Shown piece after piece: positions 10,668-22,100 of a stretch of DNA of 64,000 bases. The stretch lies in assembly GCA_965644315.1 (NCBI GenBank), contig CBFFRQ010000089.1, positions 682,001 to 746,000 of the forward strand, written 5' to 3'. The notes under the pieces are model-generated. The model had not been told where the DNA came from and did not search any database. It saw only the letters and a program-made list of their open reading frames with translations. This DNA comes from Caecitellus pseudoparvulus (taxonomy: Eukaryota; Protista; Bigyra: Bicosoecida). Position 1 is the stretch's first letter, and each line of letters opens with the position of its first letter. Position numbers and translations under genes: made by a program.

Positions 10668-13600
10668 ATGCAGCAGCCAGGCACCATCCCGGCGCACGCT
10701 GAGGGCAAGCCGGACGAGCACATGCGCCAGAAGGAAGCACGGCACCCCAACTCAGCCCAGGCAGCCCACACGGGCAGCGCCCTCAGCCTGCCGGCTGGTT
10801 CAGGGCACGACAGCCACGGCGCCGGCGGCCCCCGGCAGCGCAGCTGGCGCCTGCCCCATAGCAGCGGCAGCAGGCGATGGCAAGCGCCCGCGGACACACC
10901 GAACCTGCTAGCTCGAGTCCGAGCACCCACCCTGCCCAGCGTCTCGGAGCTGGGACTGCCTGTGCCCTTCCCGCCGCACGCAAGATTCTTCCTCCGTGAC
11001 ATCCTGTGCATGGAGAGCACGCGGCCGCTGGCAGTGCGCCTGGCGGCAGTTGCCCACGCACGGGCAGGCCTTGCGAAGCACATGCAGACACCGCTGAAAC
11101 TGGCGGTGCTGTGGGCGGCAGCGCGCCCACTGCTGCGGGAGGGGGAGGCTGCCGCGCGCTCGGCGGCATTTGAACTCGCCATGGACATGTGCATGGACAA
11201 CTTCTTCATCCTGGGCCCCCTGCGCAAGGAGTTCATCTACCTGCTGGTGCTGGGGCACGAAGGCGACGTGCCGCAGCGACAGCGCCTGCTGCGCAAGGCC
11301 ACCATGGAGGGTAGCTTCGTCGAGCCGTACGCCGCCGCCGCCGCCGCCGCCATGGTGCGCTTCGCAAGCATGGAGGCGGACACGCACGGGTTCCTCTCCC
11401 TCGTCACGCGCTTCTGCGGCAGGGCCCAGCGCTGCTTCCCGCCCTCTGTGGGCACTGCCATCCTGCGCAGGATCTGCACTGCCACACGCCGGGCGCTGCG
11501 CCGCGAGACACAGCTCTGCCGCAAGCTGCTGAAAGCCTTTGACGTCGTGCTGACAGCCAGCCCCGTGCCCCCCGAGTGTCTGCCGGACGTGGTGGACGCC
11601 CTGACGCGCCTGGTGAATGTGGAGTGTGCCGAGACGTGGCGGGTGTTCCGAGCCCTGCTGCAGGCTCCCGGCCTCGCCGCCACCGTGCTGCAGCAGCTGC
11701 TGTCCATCATGGGCAGCGTGGCCGCAGCGGCGCCCACCCCTGCCTCGCCCAGGTCGGCGGTGTCCGCCACCTCCCTCCGCGGCGCAGTGTACCTGCTAGG
11801 CATGGCGCGCTGGTCGGCCCAGGCCCACGCCAGCGCGGCACAGGTTCCGTACAGCGCCGTGGTCAACGCCATGGCCTCAGCGGTGCGGTGCGATGCCCCC
11901 AACGTCCTGCACGAAGTGCTCCTGGCCCTCTCTCGCATGGTGAAGGCGGCGGGTGCGGGGCTGGTGACGGAGTGGGCGGCTGTGGCGGACATCGCCCAGC
12001 ACGCCGCCCGCTGGTGCCGCCAGCGACGCAAGCTGCAAGAGGCCACACTGCGCGCCCGCCAAGCCTCGGCGCAGCTGCACCGTGCCACCAGCAGCCGCCG
12101 CCCTGTGCGCGTGGGCCCTGCCCCAGAGGGCTCGGTGGCCCCCCGCCCAGAGCCAGTGGCGGACGCTCTGCAGGCCCTGCTGCACCGTTCCCTTCAGGTG
12201 TACTGCGCAGATGAGTACCACGGTGAGGAAGCGCCGTTGCGAGCCATGTGCGAGGCAGCCGTGGGTTTCCTGCCACTGCACGCACGGCTGGTGCTGCTGC
12301 GCCTGGCTGGGCTGCCCATGCTGCGTGCCGTGATGGGCAGCGCAGGGGGCGGTGTCCTGCCCGAGGGCCTGGTCAACCAGGCTGCGACACTGGTGCAGCA
12401 GTTCTACGTGGAGGAGGAGCACCCGACTGTGCGGGCGGCGGCGGTGCACTGGGTGTGGCGCCTGTGGCGGGGAATTCCACACTCTGCCCAGGCGGCCCAG
12501 GCAGTGGGCGCCAGCATCATCCACTCTGCTGTGCAGCCGCTCCTGGCACACTGCTACGTGGAGCCATCGGCCCAGGTGCGACTGCTGGTCATGGCCACCG
12601 TGCACCGCGTGGCGTTGAGTCACCTGGACTCTGACTCGCCCAGCCCCCTTGACTCGTCCCTGGCCGTGCGCTGCAGCTCGCCGCACATGGCCACCACACG
12701 CCCCTCTGCTTCAGACCCACCCTGGTCAGTGCCTTGGCAGACAAAGGCACATGTGCCCGTCCAACTCCTGCCGCCTGGCTTGCTCCCAGCCACCTGCATG
12801 GCGGCACTGGCGGCAGGGTCGGGGCAAGGCGGCGCCCCCGCCGACCTGCCCCTGACCGCCCTCGCCCTCGCAGCCCAGGCCAGCAAGGCGGGGGCTAACC
12901 AAGTCAGCTCCACCATGGCGGCGCTGGAGGCCCTGCCACGGTTCGTGCAGGTGGCGTCTGGAGGCAGTGTGTCCACCCTGGCCGCCGCGGCGCTGTCGTG
13001 GCGCCTGGCATCTGCCGTGCGGCGGGGGCATGCTGAGCTGGCGGGCATGTGCGGACGGGTGCTGCTGGGCCTGGCCACGCTGCACCCCTCTCCCCCCTTG
13101 CGCCTGCATGCCCTCTCAGGCCTCCTGCAGTTCGTCCCACTTGGGGACACCCTGGCCCGCCTTCCTGCCGGCGGCGTCACCCACGTCGCCCTGCACGCGG
13201 CACAGCACACGGGGCACTCGACGCACCTGGCTGCATGCTTGCCCCTGTCGTCGCCTGTCGGAGATGTGCTGGCGCCCATACGGGAGGACCTGCTGCAGCA
13301 CGCCCAGCGCACCTTGGCAGCTGGCATCCTCACCGTCACAGCCACACAGCCCAGCTCCCCACGGGCGCCCACCCTCGCCACCTTCCTGACGCCGTCTGAC
13401 AATGGCTCCACGTCAGCAGCAGAGTGGCTGCTGTGTGCCCAGGCGGTGTTGGAGGTGGGGCCGGATGCCCTGCCAGGCCTGCTGGCGCACCTGCATGCGG
13501 TGGTGACCAGCTTGGCGAGCCGGCCCGACCCCTTGCAGCCGCTGTCGTTCGGGGAGGAGACGGTGCAGTGGTGCTTGCTGGATGTCGCGCGCATGCTGCT

Positions 13601-16600
13601 GGGGGGGGTGACGCAGTACCTGGGCACACACATGCAGGACACGTGCGCCGCCATGCTCACAGCTTCCTGTGTGTGCCAGCTGTGGGATGTGCTGGCGGAT
13701 GTGCTGGACGCTGCGCCGGCGGAGGGGCAGTCCGTGCTCAGCCCCCCCGCACAGGCCTCCCTCATCAGCCTGTCACATGGACTGTCCGCAGCCACCTCCC
13801 AGCTGTTCATCCTCACCCGGCCGTCACAGCTGGAGCCGGGGCCCCTGCTGGATGCGGCCCTGGGTGCCCTGCTGGCCAGCCTGCGCGCAGGGGGGGTGTC
13901 CATCACCGTGCACACTGCCGTGCGCTTGGCAGTGGGCGTGGTGCACCCCACCTACCACCTGCTGCTGGCAGGGCACACCCTGGACGACTTCGTCATCGAC
14001 CTGGCCATGACCACTGCCTTCCAAGCCTGTGCCTGTGCCACCCTGGGCGTGTGTGGGCCCGTGGAGGGCTGCGGCTCCGGTCGACGCCATGCAGGGCGGG
14101 CGTCCACCGTGGACCCCACACGCCTGCCCTTGCAGCCCATGGTGGACCCCGCCCCCTACCAGGCCTGCAGCCACCGCTCCTGCGTGCTGCAGCTGCTGCA
14201 GCTGTGTGGCCGCAGCTGCCTGGAGTCGGTGCTGGCCCAGAGCCCGCCACACAGGGCGCTGCATGCGGAGGAGGTGAGGGCCCAGCTAGGGCAGTGCATC
14301 ACGGCCCTGCGCAGTCGCCAGACGGCGCCGGGCGCGCCTGAAGGCCTGGACGAGGTGAGCGACCGCCTGGTGATGACCTTCGCCGCGCTGCAAGGCGCCC
14401 TGAAAGGTCTCGTGGCCCACAGGCCTGCCAAGCTGGGCTGTGTCGTGGCGGAGGAGGGGGGTGGCCGCCGTCTCCTGGCTGGCACGCGCAGTGTGCCCTC
14501 CCTCGGCTCTGCAGACAGCTTCCCAGTGCGCGCCCTGCACGTGGCGCCGGTGGGCGGGGAAGGGGACGCCGACGTCGTGCCGCTGCCCCAGCCGGAGGTG
14601 GTGCAGGGGGGCTTCGCGGCGCCACGTCTGGCCGCCACCCTGGGCTTCCGCACAGCCTTTCAGCCACGTCTGGACGTCAGCATTGGGCTGCTGCAGGCCC
14701 TGTTCCGACTGCCCCAGGCGGAAGGCGCCGGCGCAGCGGCCGTCACGACGGACGCCGAGTGGGCGTTCTTGCACAACGGCTGCCTGTTCGCGGTGCGGGT
14801 GGGCATGGGTGGCATGGTGCACGTGCGGTGCCGCCAGGCCTCCGTGCTGCTGCAGTGGCAGGGGCACTTCTCCCAGCTGCTGCACGGCACGGCGGGCGCG
14901 GCGTCCCCGCCGCCGGACCAGGGCGAGCCGGGGGACGGCCCCCCCTCCCCGGCCCTGCCGCAGCGCTCCGTCACCCTGTCCTCCTTCCCAGCCACGTCCT
15001 TCTCCCAGCGGGCCGTGTCGCAGCCCCGCCTGCAGCAGCTGTCGGAACAAGACAGCTCGGTGCTGGACCTGCCCATGGCTGAGGGTGGGGAGGACGGTGA
15101 GGGGGGTGAGGCAGGCCATGCCCGCCTTGCGGCTGGGCGGGACCTGACCCGGTCCAGCCTCACCTCCAGCACGCTGGGCTCGGACCCCGACAGCCCGTTC
15201 GGGTATTTTGCCCCCCAAGGTGTCGGAGAGGGGGGGCTATGCAGCCCCCCCGACGCAGGGGACGTCGTCGGGCCTGCAACCCACCCACGCAGCGCCAGCC
15301 CCACCCTGGACCGTGTGGTGCGTTTCGGGCGAGGGGAAGGCATGGTTGATTCGCATGTCACTGTGCGCCTGCCGGACCGGGGCCGCCCTGCCTCCCCGCC
15401 GTCCTCCAGCGATGAGGAGGGCGGCGAGGCTGACTGGCCCTCCTCCCCCGTCATCATGCCGGTAGAGGAGGAGGGGGGCGCGGCGGGGGACTCGGACGCC
15501 TCGCCGCCGTTCCACCCTCTCGCCCAGGCTGGCAGTGTGGGCCTGGCCCAGGCTCCGCCCTCCCCCCTCCACCGCCCCTCCCGGCACCACGGCCCAGAGG
15601 CGGCATCGCTGGTGGTCATGGGCGCGGGTCACCACGCGCAGCGCCAGCGCAGCCTGGAGGTGGTGGTGCCCCCCCCCGTCCCCCGCATGCGGCCGTCGGC
15701 GTCCGAGGCGCTGCCCCCCCTGGCCCCCACCTCCCCCGCCAGCCGTGCTTCCCGGCGCCACGCTCGTCGGCGGGTGAACTCGTTCGACCTCCGCCTGGCC
15801 ACGCAGCGCGTGCGCGCCGCGGCAGCCAAGGCGGCGCCCCAACCCTCCCTGCAGTCCCCACGCGCGGCGTGGGCACAGTTGGCCTCAGGCAGCAGCGGGG
15901 ACGAGGCGGGGGGCGAGGGGGGCTCCTCCGCCCTGTCCCTCACACCGCCGCTGGGCGCGGAGACGGCGGCATCCGGCGCCGCGCCCTCCTCCCCCCTGGC
16001 CTCCTCCCATGGCAGCCCCCTCCTGCCCCCCTCCGCCACGGGCGTCGTTGCGCTGGAGGGCTTCTCCGCTGGCCCCAAAGCCCGCAAGTGGAGTTTCGTC
16101 TCCACCACCTCGGCGGTGTCCGACGCCCTGGGTGACGCACGGGCCCGACTGGGATCGATGGACACTTCCCCGGCAGGCTCCGTGCCCATTGGCTCCGGCA
16201 GCTCGGGCAGCGCGGCTCAGCAGGTGTGGGTGCGGGGGGCGGCGGCGGAGGCAGACGCCTGGCTGCATGCTCGGCACGTGGCACTGGCGAGGGCGCACGA
16301 CGAGCATCACGAGGACATCACGTCCCCCACCATGGGCCCACCTGCGGCAGCAGATGGACGGGTGCCGCTCGCGAGCCCTGCCGCCCTCCTGGGCATGGGC
16401 GCAGCGGCGGTGACGTGGAGCTACCAAGCGTGGGGCCTGGTGCCGCCCGCTGCGGTGCCTGACGAGTCCACCACGGCAGAGCTGATGGACTCCACGCACA
16501 CGCTGCCCGTGCACTGTGGGCAGGCCGCCCTGCAACGCAGCCTGGGCGTCCTGGACCGCACGCTGTTCGTGGACACGTGCAAGGCCGGGGTGGTGTACGC

Positions 16601-17567
16601 TGGGCCGGGCCAGGATGAAGGCGCCATGCTGTCCAACCGCCCCCAGCATATGCCCCTGGCCATGCGTCGCATGGTGGCGGATTTGGGGTGGCGGGTGGCG
16701 GCGCCGGGGTGCCCTGCGTGGGTGTTCCTGGGAGGCACCAGCCGGGAGGGCGACGCGCCTGACGGCAAGGATGCGTGTGTCTGGCACTCACGCTCCGGCG
16801 CACTGCAGACGGCTTGGCACGTGGGCCCCTGGCTGAGCGAGGGCGCGGGCACCGCACAAGCCCCCGTGGCAGTCAAGCGCCACATCGGCAACGACTTCGT
16901 CCTGGTCGTGTACGCGTCCCCCGGCGCCAAGCTGACGGCAGCCACCTTCGGCGGGCACTTTTCCAACGTCCTCGTCCTCGTCACGCCCGGCGAGCAGCCC
17001 GCCACACACCGCATCACCCTGCTCTCCAAGCAGGCCCTACCCGCCCTGGCGCCCCTGTCCCATTCGCCACAGGCCATGGCTGGTGCACTGGGGCACCACT
17101 GGGCCGGCGCCTCCGCCCTCACCGCCCTCACCCGCCTGGCCGGACAGGCTGTCGTTACATCCCTCACCGCCACCCCCCCCCTGCGCCAGGGTGCCCTGGA
17201 CCTGGACTCCACACCGGCGCACCCGGGGACCCTCTTTCAGGAGCGGGGCGTGTCAGGTGGGGCGGTGTCAGGGCACCCTACTGGCGCCGAGCGTGGCGCG
17301 GGCAGTGCCATGGGTTTGCCGGAGGTGGCGGCGCTGGGGCGCCTGCACGACGCCGGCAGCCTGGTGGTGGCGGACGGCGTGCTGGGGCAGGCGGTGCGCC
17401 ACGTCGTCGTGACGGCGGACATCGCTGTGCGCCGCGCGCTGCGCACAGCGGCGGCGGCGGCGCCCATCTCTGGGCCAGCCTCGCGCCTGGAGCGCTTCCA
17501 GCGCACCCTGGCCAAGCTCATGCAGGAGCAGGCAGAGCCCAGGCAGGCGACTGGCGGGCAGGGTTGA
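10668..17567 (+). CDS. TSC2: Tuberin (TSC2)-like protein with C-terminal Rap/Rheb-GAP domain, ~2300 aa
   Basis: The N-terminus is helical (LRGAVYLLGMARW, NVLHEVLLAL) and is followed by a long low-complexity linker. The C-terminus has LDR....TCKAGVVY.GPGQ.E..MLSN, FLGG and KRHIGNDFVLVVY with the catalytic Asn, then FGGHFSNV. The start codon is uncertain. Confidence 0.85.
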   Translation: MQQPGTIPAHAEGKPDEHMRQKEARHPNSAQAAHTGSALSLPAGSGHDSHGAGGPRQRSWRLPHSSGSRRWQAPADTPNLLARVRAPTLPSVSELGLPVPFPPHARFFLRDILCMESTRPLAVRLAAVAHARAGLAKHMQTPLKLAVLWAAARPLLREGEAAARSAAFELAMDMCMDNFFILGPLRKEFIYLLVLGHEGDVPQRQRLLRKATMEGSFVEPYAAAAAAAMVRFASMEADTHGFLSLVTRFCGRAQRCFPPSVGTAILRRICTATRRALRRETQLCRKLLKAFDVVLTASPVPPECLPDVVDALTRLVNVECAETWRVFRALLQAPGLAATVLQQLLSIMGSVAAAAPTPASPRSAVSATSLRGAVYLLGMARWSAQAHASAAQVPYSAVVNAMASAVRCDAPNVLHEVLLALSRMVKAAGAGLVTEWAAVADIAQHAARWCRQRRKLQEATLRARQASAQLHRATSSRRPVRVGPAPEGSVAPRPEPVADALQALLHRSLQVYCADEYHGEEAPLRAMCEAAVGFLPLHARLVLLRLAGLPMLRAVMGSAGGGVLPEGLVNQAATLVQQFYVEEEHPTVRAAAVHWVWRLWRGIPHSAQAAQAVGASIIHSAVQPLLAHCYVEPSAQVRLLVMATVHRVALSHLDSDSPSPLDSSLAVRCSSPHMATTRPSASDPPWSVPWQTKAHVPVQLLPPGLLPATCMAALAAGSGQGGAPADLPLTALALAAQASKAGANQVSSTMAALEALPRFVQVASGGSVSTLAAAALSWRLASAVRRGHAELAGMCGRVLLGLATLHPSPPLRLHALSGLLQFVPLGDTLARLPAGGVTHVALHAAQHTGHSTHLAACLPLSSPVGDVLAPIREDLLQHAQRTLAAGILTVTATQPSSPRAPTLATFLTPSDNGSTSAAEWLLCAQAVLEVGPDALPGLLAHLHAVVTSLASRPDPLQPLSFGEETVQWCLLDVARMLLGGVTQYLGTHMQDTCAAMLTASCVCQLWDVLADVLDAAPAEGQSVLSPPAQASLISLSHGLSAATSQLFILTRPSQLEPGPLLDAALGALLASLRAGGVSITVHTAVRLAVGVVHPTYHLLLAGHTLDDFVIDLAMTTAFQACACATLGVCGPVEGCGSGRRHAGRASTVDPTRLPLQPMVDPAPYQACSHRSCVLQLLQLCGRSCLESVLAQSPPHRALHAEEVRAQLGQCITALRSRQTAPGAPEGLDEVSDRLVMTFAALQGALKGLVAHRPAKLGCVVAEEGGGRRLLAGTRSVPSLGSADSFPVRALHVAPVGGEGDADVVPLPQPEVVQGGFAAPRLAATLGFRTAFQPRLDVSIGLLQALFRLPQAEGAGAAAVTTDAEWAFLHNGCLFAVRVGMGGMVHVRCRQASVLLQWQGHFSQLLHGTAGAASPPPDQGEPGDGPPSPALPQRSVTLSSFPATSFSQRAVSQPRLQQLSEQDSSVLDLPMAEGGEDGEGGEAGHARLAAGRDLTRSSLTSSTLGSDPDSPFGYFAPQGVGEGGLCSPPDAGDVVGPATHPRSASPTLDRVVRFGRGEGMVDSHVTVRLPDRGRPASPPSSSDEEGGEADWPSSPVIMPVEEEGGAAGDSDASPPFHPLAQAGSVGLAQAPPSPLHRPSRHHGPEAASLVVMGAGHHAQRQRSLEVVVPPPVPRMRPSASEALPPLAPTSPASRASRRHARRRVNSFDLRLATQRVRAAAAKAAPQPSLQSPRAAWAQLASGSSGDEAGGEGGSSALSLTPPLGAETAASGAAPSSPLASSHGSPLLPPSATGVVALEGFSAGPKARKWSFVSTTSAVSDALGDARARLGSMDTSPAGSVPIGSGSSGSAAQQVWVRGAAAEADAWLHARHVALARAHDEHHEDITSPTMGPPAAADGRVPLASPAALLGMGAAAVTWSYQAWGLVPPAAVPDESTTAELMDSTHTLPVHCGQAALQRSLGVLDRTLFVDTCKAGVVYAGPGQDEGAMLSNRPQHMPLAMRRMVADLGWRVAAPGCPAWVFLGGTSREGDAPDGKDACVWHSRSGALQTAWHVGPWLSEGAGTAQAPVAVKRHIGNDFVLVVYASPGAKLTAATFGGHFSNVLVLVTPGEQPATHRITLLSKQALPALAPLSHSPQAMAGALGHHWAGASALTALTRLAGQAVVTSLTATPPLRQGALDLDSTPAHPGTLFQERGVSGGAVSGHPTGAERGAGSAMGLPEVAALGRLHDAGSLVVADGVLGQAVRHVVVTADIAVRRALRTAAAAAPISGPASRLERFQRTLAKLMQEQAEPRQATGGQG

Positions 17568-17724
17568 GGCTGCCTTAGGCATGGGCGGGGACGGGGCATT
17601 TCTCAGCAAGCTGGGTGGAGCAGTGCACGCGTTGAGGCTCTCCACGCGCGCTCTGCCGCGCTGGGCACAGCATCGTGGCGCGTGCAGCAGACGACAGCAG
17701 CTGGGGGAGCGAGCCTGCAGTTTC

Positions 17725-19042
17725 ATGGCAGCGCCAGCCGCTCATGCAGCCGCGCAGGGCAGCAGTCATGGCGAGGAATCGCTGACGCTGCGTGAGCTCA
17801 TGGTGAGGGCAATTCAGTTTGCAACACAGGGCAAGGTGGTGGCGTGGAGCGGCATTTTCTCCCAGATTTCACGCATGTGCGGTGACGTCGCCGCGACAAC
17901 GGCAGGCAACCGAGCACTCTGCCGCCCGCGTCCTGTGCAGGATGCAGGAGAGCCGCATCAGCGACGAGGATGCAGGTGTGGTGAATGAAATCGCCATCAT
18001 TGCCTTTGGATGGTCTCCAGAGTCCATGACAAGCCGCAAGGCTGCCGCCCCTGCTGTGCATGCAATGGCGTTGACAGGAGCACTCCTGGAGCAAGATGCT
18101 CGGTGCCGGGAGGCCCTCTCGCCAGAGGTGCTGCGAATGGTTAGCCAGGTGCTGCCGGAATGGGTCATGGCCATGGCGCTGCTGCCAGACGGCCCCGGCA
18201 TGCACGCGTTCCTGCAGGCGCTGACGCACGTTGTCGGCTCCCTGGCAGGCGCACTGCCCCTGCGCAGCCTGCGCGGGCTGCTGGCACCGTTCGGCATCGC
18301 CATGGACGCCCATGCTGTGAGCCATGCCGGCAAAGATGACGCGTCCAGCATGGCCTCCAGCATGCGGGAGGCTGTGGGGGACCTGCACGCGGCCATGCGG
18401 CGCCTTCGCGGCAGCGGCGGGTTGGGCAGGCTGCTGCACTGCCTGCTGACTCAGCCCCTGCAGGCGCCGCTGCTGGTGCTGCACCCCGGCCAGCGGCGAG
18501 GCTGGCTGACAGAAGTGTCGGGGGTGACTGACATGCAGCAGCTGCACACGCTGCTGGCACATGCGTTGCACAGGCAAGCTGGCAGTGCGGCGCTGTTTTC
18601 TGCTGCGTTTCCACCCCCTGCCACGCGGGCTGTGCACGTCATGTGTGGCGGGCGGGGCAAGAGCCTGGCTCCCCAAGAGCTGGGGGAAGTGTGCCATGCC
18701 TGCTTCGACTTCTACCAGCCTGCTTCCCTGCTGCACAGTGGCTGCAGGGCGTGGCTGCAGGGCGCTGCAACAGAACCGCCTGGAGCTCTGGCTCACGTCC
18801 GAGTGCCGGATTCAGCGGTGCTGGGGGACCTGCAAACTGTCGCTGGCCTGCAGGTGCTGGTGTTGGGCCCACCCACAGAGCACGTCACGTGGAGGTGCTG
18901 CCGCATGGTGCCCTCCCTGCACGCCAAGGTGAGCGTGGCCAAGGTGCTGGAGGACGCCGAGGTCGCACAGTGGATGGCCGCCGTGCAGGACGTGAAGCAG
19001 TCGAGGCCACCGGGCGGAGGTTCCCCCGGCCGCTCAAAATAA
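17725..19042 (+). CDS. Hypothetical protein resembling an uncharacterised actinobacterial family
   Basis: Exons 17725-17876 and 17941-19042 are joined by a 64 nt GTGCGG..GCAG intron. The C-terminal half has PLLVLHPGQRRGW...VSGVTDMQQLHTLLA and VLVLGPP....W...RMVPSL.A.V.V..VL...EVAQW. Confidence 0.7.
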
Positions 19043-19156
19043 TTTCACACAATGAATTCTACTTGCTGACCGCATGCACAGTCTTGCTGCACCAGCTGGG
19101 TGCACTGCAGGACGCAGAGCCAAAGCCGTGTGCGCGTTTCGATCGCGTTTCAGTGC

Positions 19157-22100
19157 ATGGCAACGGTGTTCTCTGTCGCCCGCTGCGTGAACCACATCGC
19201 GCGCCTCAGCACACGCCCCCGGCCCCGTGCCAGCAACAGTCGCCAGGCGCCTGCCCTTGCACTGAGCATGGCGTCAGCATCACCCCCCCCTCCAGGTGGC
19301 GATGGCTGGGTTCTGCCCTGCAAGGTCAAGTCTTCCCCCTATGACTTCATCGTCAACGAACTGGACGCCAGTGGGCAGGTGCTGGCCCTGGGAGACCACG
19401 CAGAGCCCCACGTTCCTGCCGAGCTGTCGGCGGGGGCGGTGTCTGCGGCAGCCGCCGCCGCCGCCACATCCATGGCCTGGACCGCCAGCACCGACGCCGC
19501 TGCCGCCACGTTGCTGCAGCACTTTGCCCCCCACGTGGCCAGCGCAGCGGCACAGCAGGCCTTTGACAGGGCCACGCCACTGGGCTCTGCCGTGCCTGCT
19601 TCCGACACCCTCACCCAGCACGTGCAGGCTTGCACCGGCGCGCTGGCGGCTGGGAGTGGGCCTGCCGCGACCACCAGCACGCCCCCGCCAGACCCCGCCC
19701 GCCTGGTCCTGAGCCTTGCCGGGACGCGCGTGGGCACAGACAAGAGCGTCCGGCGGGATGTGCGTCAGGCCCTCATTGTGCTGTTCCCCCACCTGGAGGC
19801 TAGTCTGGGATCCACGGCGGGCGCCAGCGGGCAGTACGCAGAGCTGGCCCTCACCGTGCCGCGGTACATGCCGGCCCTGGTGGAGGCACTGGACCCCAGC
19901 GATGTGTGGCGGCTATTGACCTTCCTGCAGTGCGGCCCCCACGAGGCCAGCGCGGCGGCCGGTGTCACCATCGGCCTGCCGGAGGACAGGGAGGTCCGCA
20001 AGGCGCTGTTCAAGCTGCTGCGGGGCAGTTTCCGGAACATCCGTATCGGGGACACCCGTGGTGGGGGGGCGGCAGGCACGGCGGAGGGGGGTGGTGACGG
20101 AGCGGACCCTGGGCCCACCCGCCGCACCGTGCACATCACGTTCATGCCCCCCCGAGGCAGGGCAGGGGGGCACAAACGCCCTCGAGGCGGCGGCAGGGGG
20201 GGGGCACCAGCCGACCCTTCCGGTATCGCCTCCACCGCCTGGCTGCACTGCACCCTGCAGAAAGTGGGCATGGAGCAGCTGAAGGTGCTGGGGGAGATCT
20301 CCAGCCGCCTGCGGGGCGCACTGTCAGACACCGCTGGGATCAAGGACAAGCATGGAGTGACCACGCAGCGCGTGTCGTTCAGGGGTGTCACGCCTGCCCA
20401 GCTCGTGCAGGCAGTTGGCACCCTGCGAGCCAAGGTGGCCTCCGACGGCATGCCTCACCACGCCCAGACTGACGGGCGTGTCGCAGTGGACACGGACACG
20501 CTTGGCCCAGGGGTGTTCACCGCCGTGACGCCACTTGAAGTGGGTGCCTTCGCAGTACACAGTCGCTGCCTGGAGCACGGGGAGTTGGGCGGGAACCGCT
20601 TCACCCTCACCCTACGCCAGGCACCGGCGCCGTCGCCGCGCCACCCTATGGACGAGGACACCGCCCTGCAAGGCATCCCGCTCCAGGACACTGGCCTGCC
20701 AGAGACATGCCTGGTGGGCTACCCAGCCGACCTGGCCACGAGCGTGGCGCCCGCACCGCCGCCCATCGCCGGCACTGCCAGTATTGGCGAGTTGGACGTG
20801 GGTGACCTGCAGCGCCGCATGGCTGCGCTGGCGTCCTGCGGCTTCCTGAACGTCTTCGGGCAGCAGCGTGTGGGCACTGGCTTCGTCACGGCGGGCTTCT
20901 CTGCGCCTGACTGCGGCGCGGCGGTGTACCGCATGGCCCTGCCGCAGCTCCTGCACCGCGTCATGCAGGGCCGCCCGGGGCTGCCCACTGCCGCCGATGC
21001 CCGCCTGGGGCACCAGTGGCGCAGCCAGTGGGAGGCCAGCCTGCCATCCCTGGCGGCCACCGTGAGGGAGGGTGGTCCCCTGGTGGGGGGACCGACCAAG
21101 GCGGAGAAGAAATTTCTCGCAGGCGCCGCCAAGAGCTGCCCCCGCTCCTGCTACGGGCAGAAGCAAGTGCTCAGCGCGCTGGCACGCAAGGTGCAGGGGT
21201 GGGGCAAGGGCTTGTCTGACATGCCCCATGCCCTGCGCCTGCTGTGGATGCATGCGTACCAGAGTCTGGTGTGGAACCGCATGGCACGCCTGCGGTGGTC
21301 CCTGGCCCCCACGGGCGTGCTGGAGGGGGACCTGGTGGCTGTGGATGGGGAGGGTGCTGGCATGGATGCGTGGGACATGGCGCTGCGCCCCACAGCGGGG
21401 CAGCAGGGGTCCACGCCCACCGCCACGGCGCCCAAGTGGCACATCCACACTGTCACGCGGGCCGAGGTGGAGGCCGGCGTGTTCCGCATGGAACACGTCG
21501 TCCTGCCCCTGCCCGGGTACACGACGCTGTTCCCACACAACGCAGTGGGCGCGGCGTACATGCAGCACCTGTGGGCAGACCAGACGCACCACATGCTGTG
21601 GCCGACTGTGGCGGCAGCCATGCGTGTGGGCCGCATGACTGCCGTACAGCGCGAACACCTGGCAGCGGCACAGCCCGAGGCAGTGCAGGCGCTGCTGGGC
21701 TCCGGGGTGCTGCCGCCGCCCGCAGCGGCCACCATGGCCCCCGTGGTGCAGGCTGCCGCACAGGCGCCCGCGGCAGAGGTCGTGCACACGTCGTACGGCG
21801 ATGTGGCAGTGCCTTCCGCCGCCATCTGCCGCGCCGCGGAGCTGGAGGGGGAGCATGGGGGTATGGGCACGGGCGCCGGCCGCCCAGAGCCCCGCTGCTC
21901 GTCGTACGTGACGCCAGGCATGGCCCTGCCGAAGTGGGCGTCGGCTGCCAAGGGCAGCTACAGGCACCTCATCGTGCGCCCACGGGATACGGCGGCGTGG
22001 GTGGGGCGCGTGCCAGCCGTGTCGGCAGTGCCCCTGCCCAGGCCAGACGCACCTCCCGCCAAGGCAGCGAGGGGGGAGGACGGTGCTGGGGTGGAGGGTG

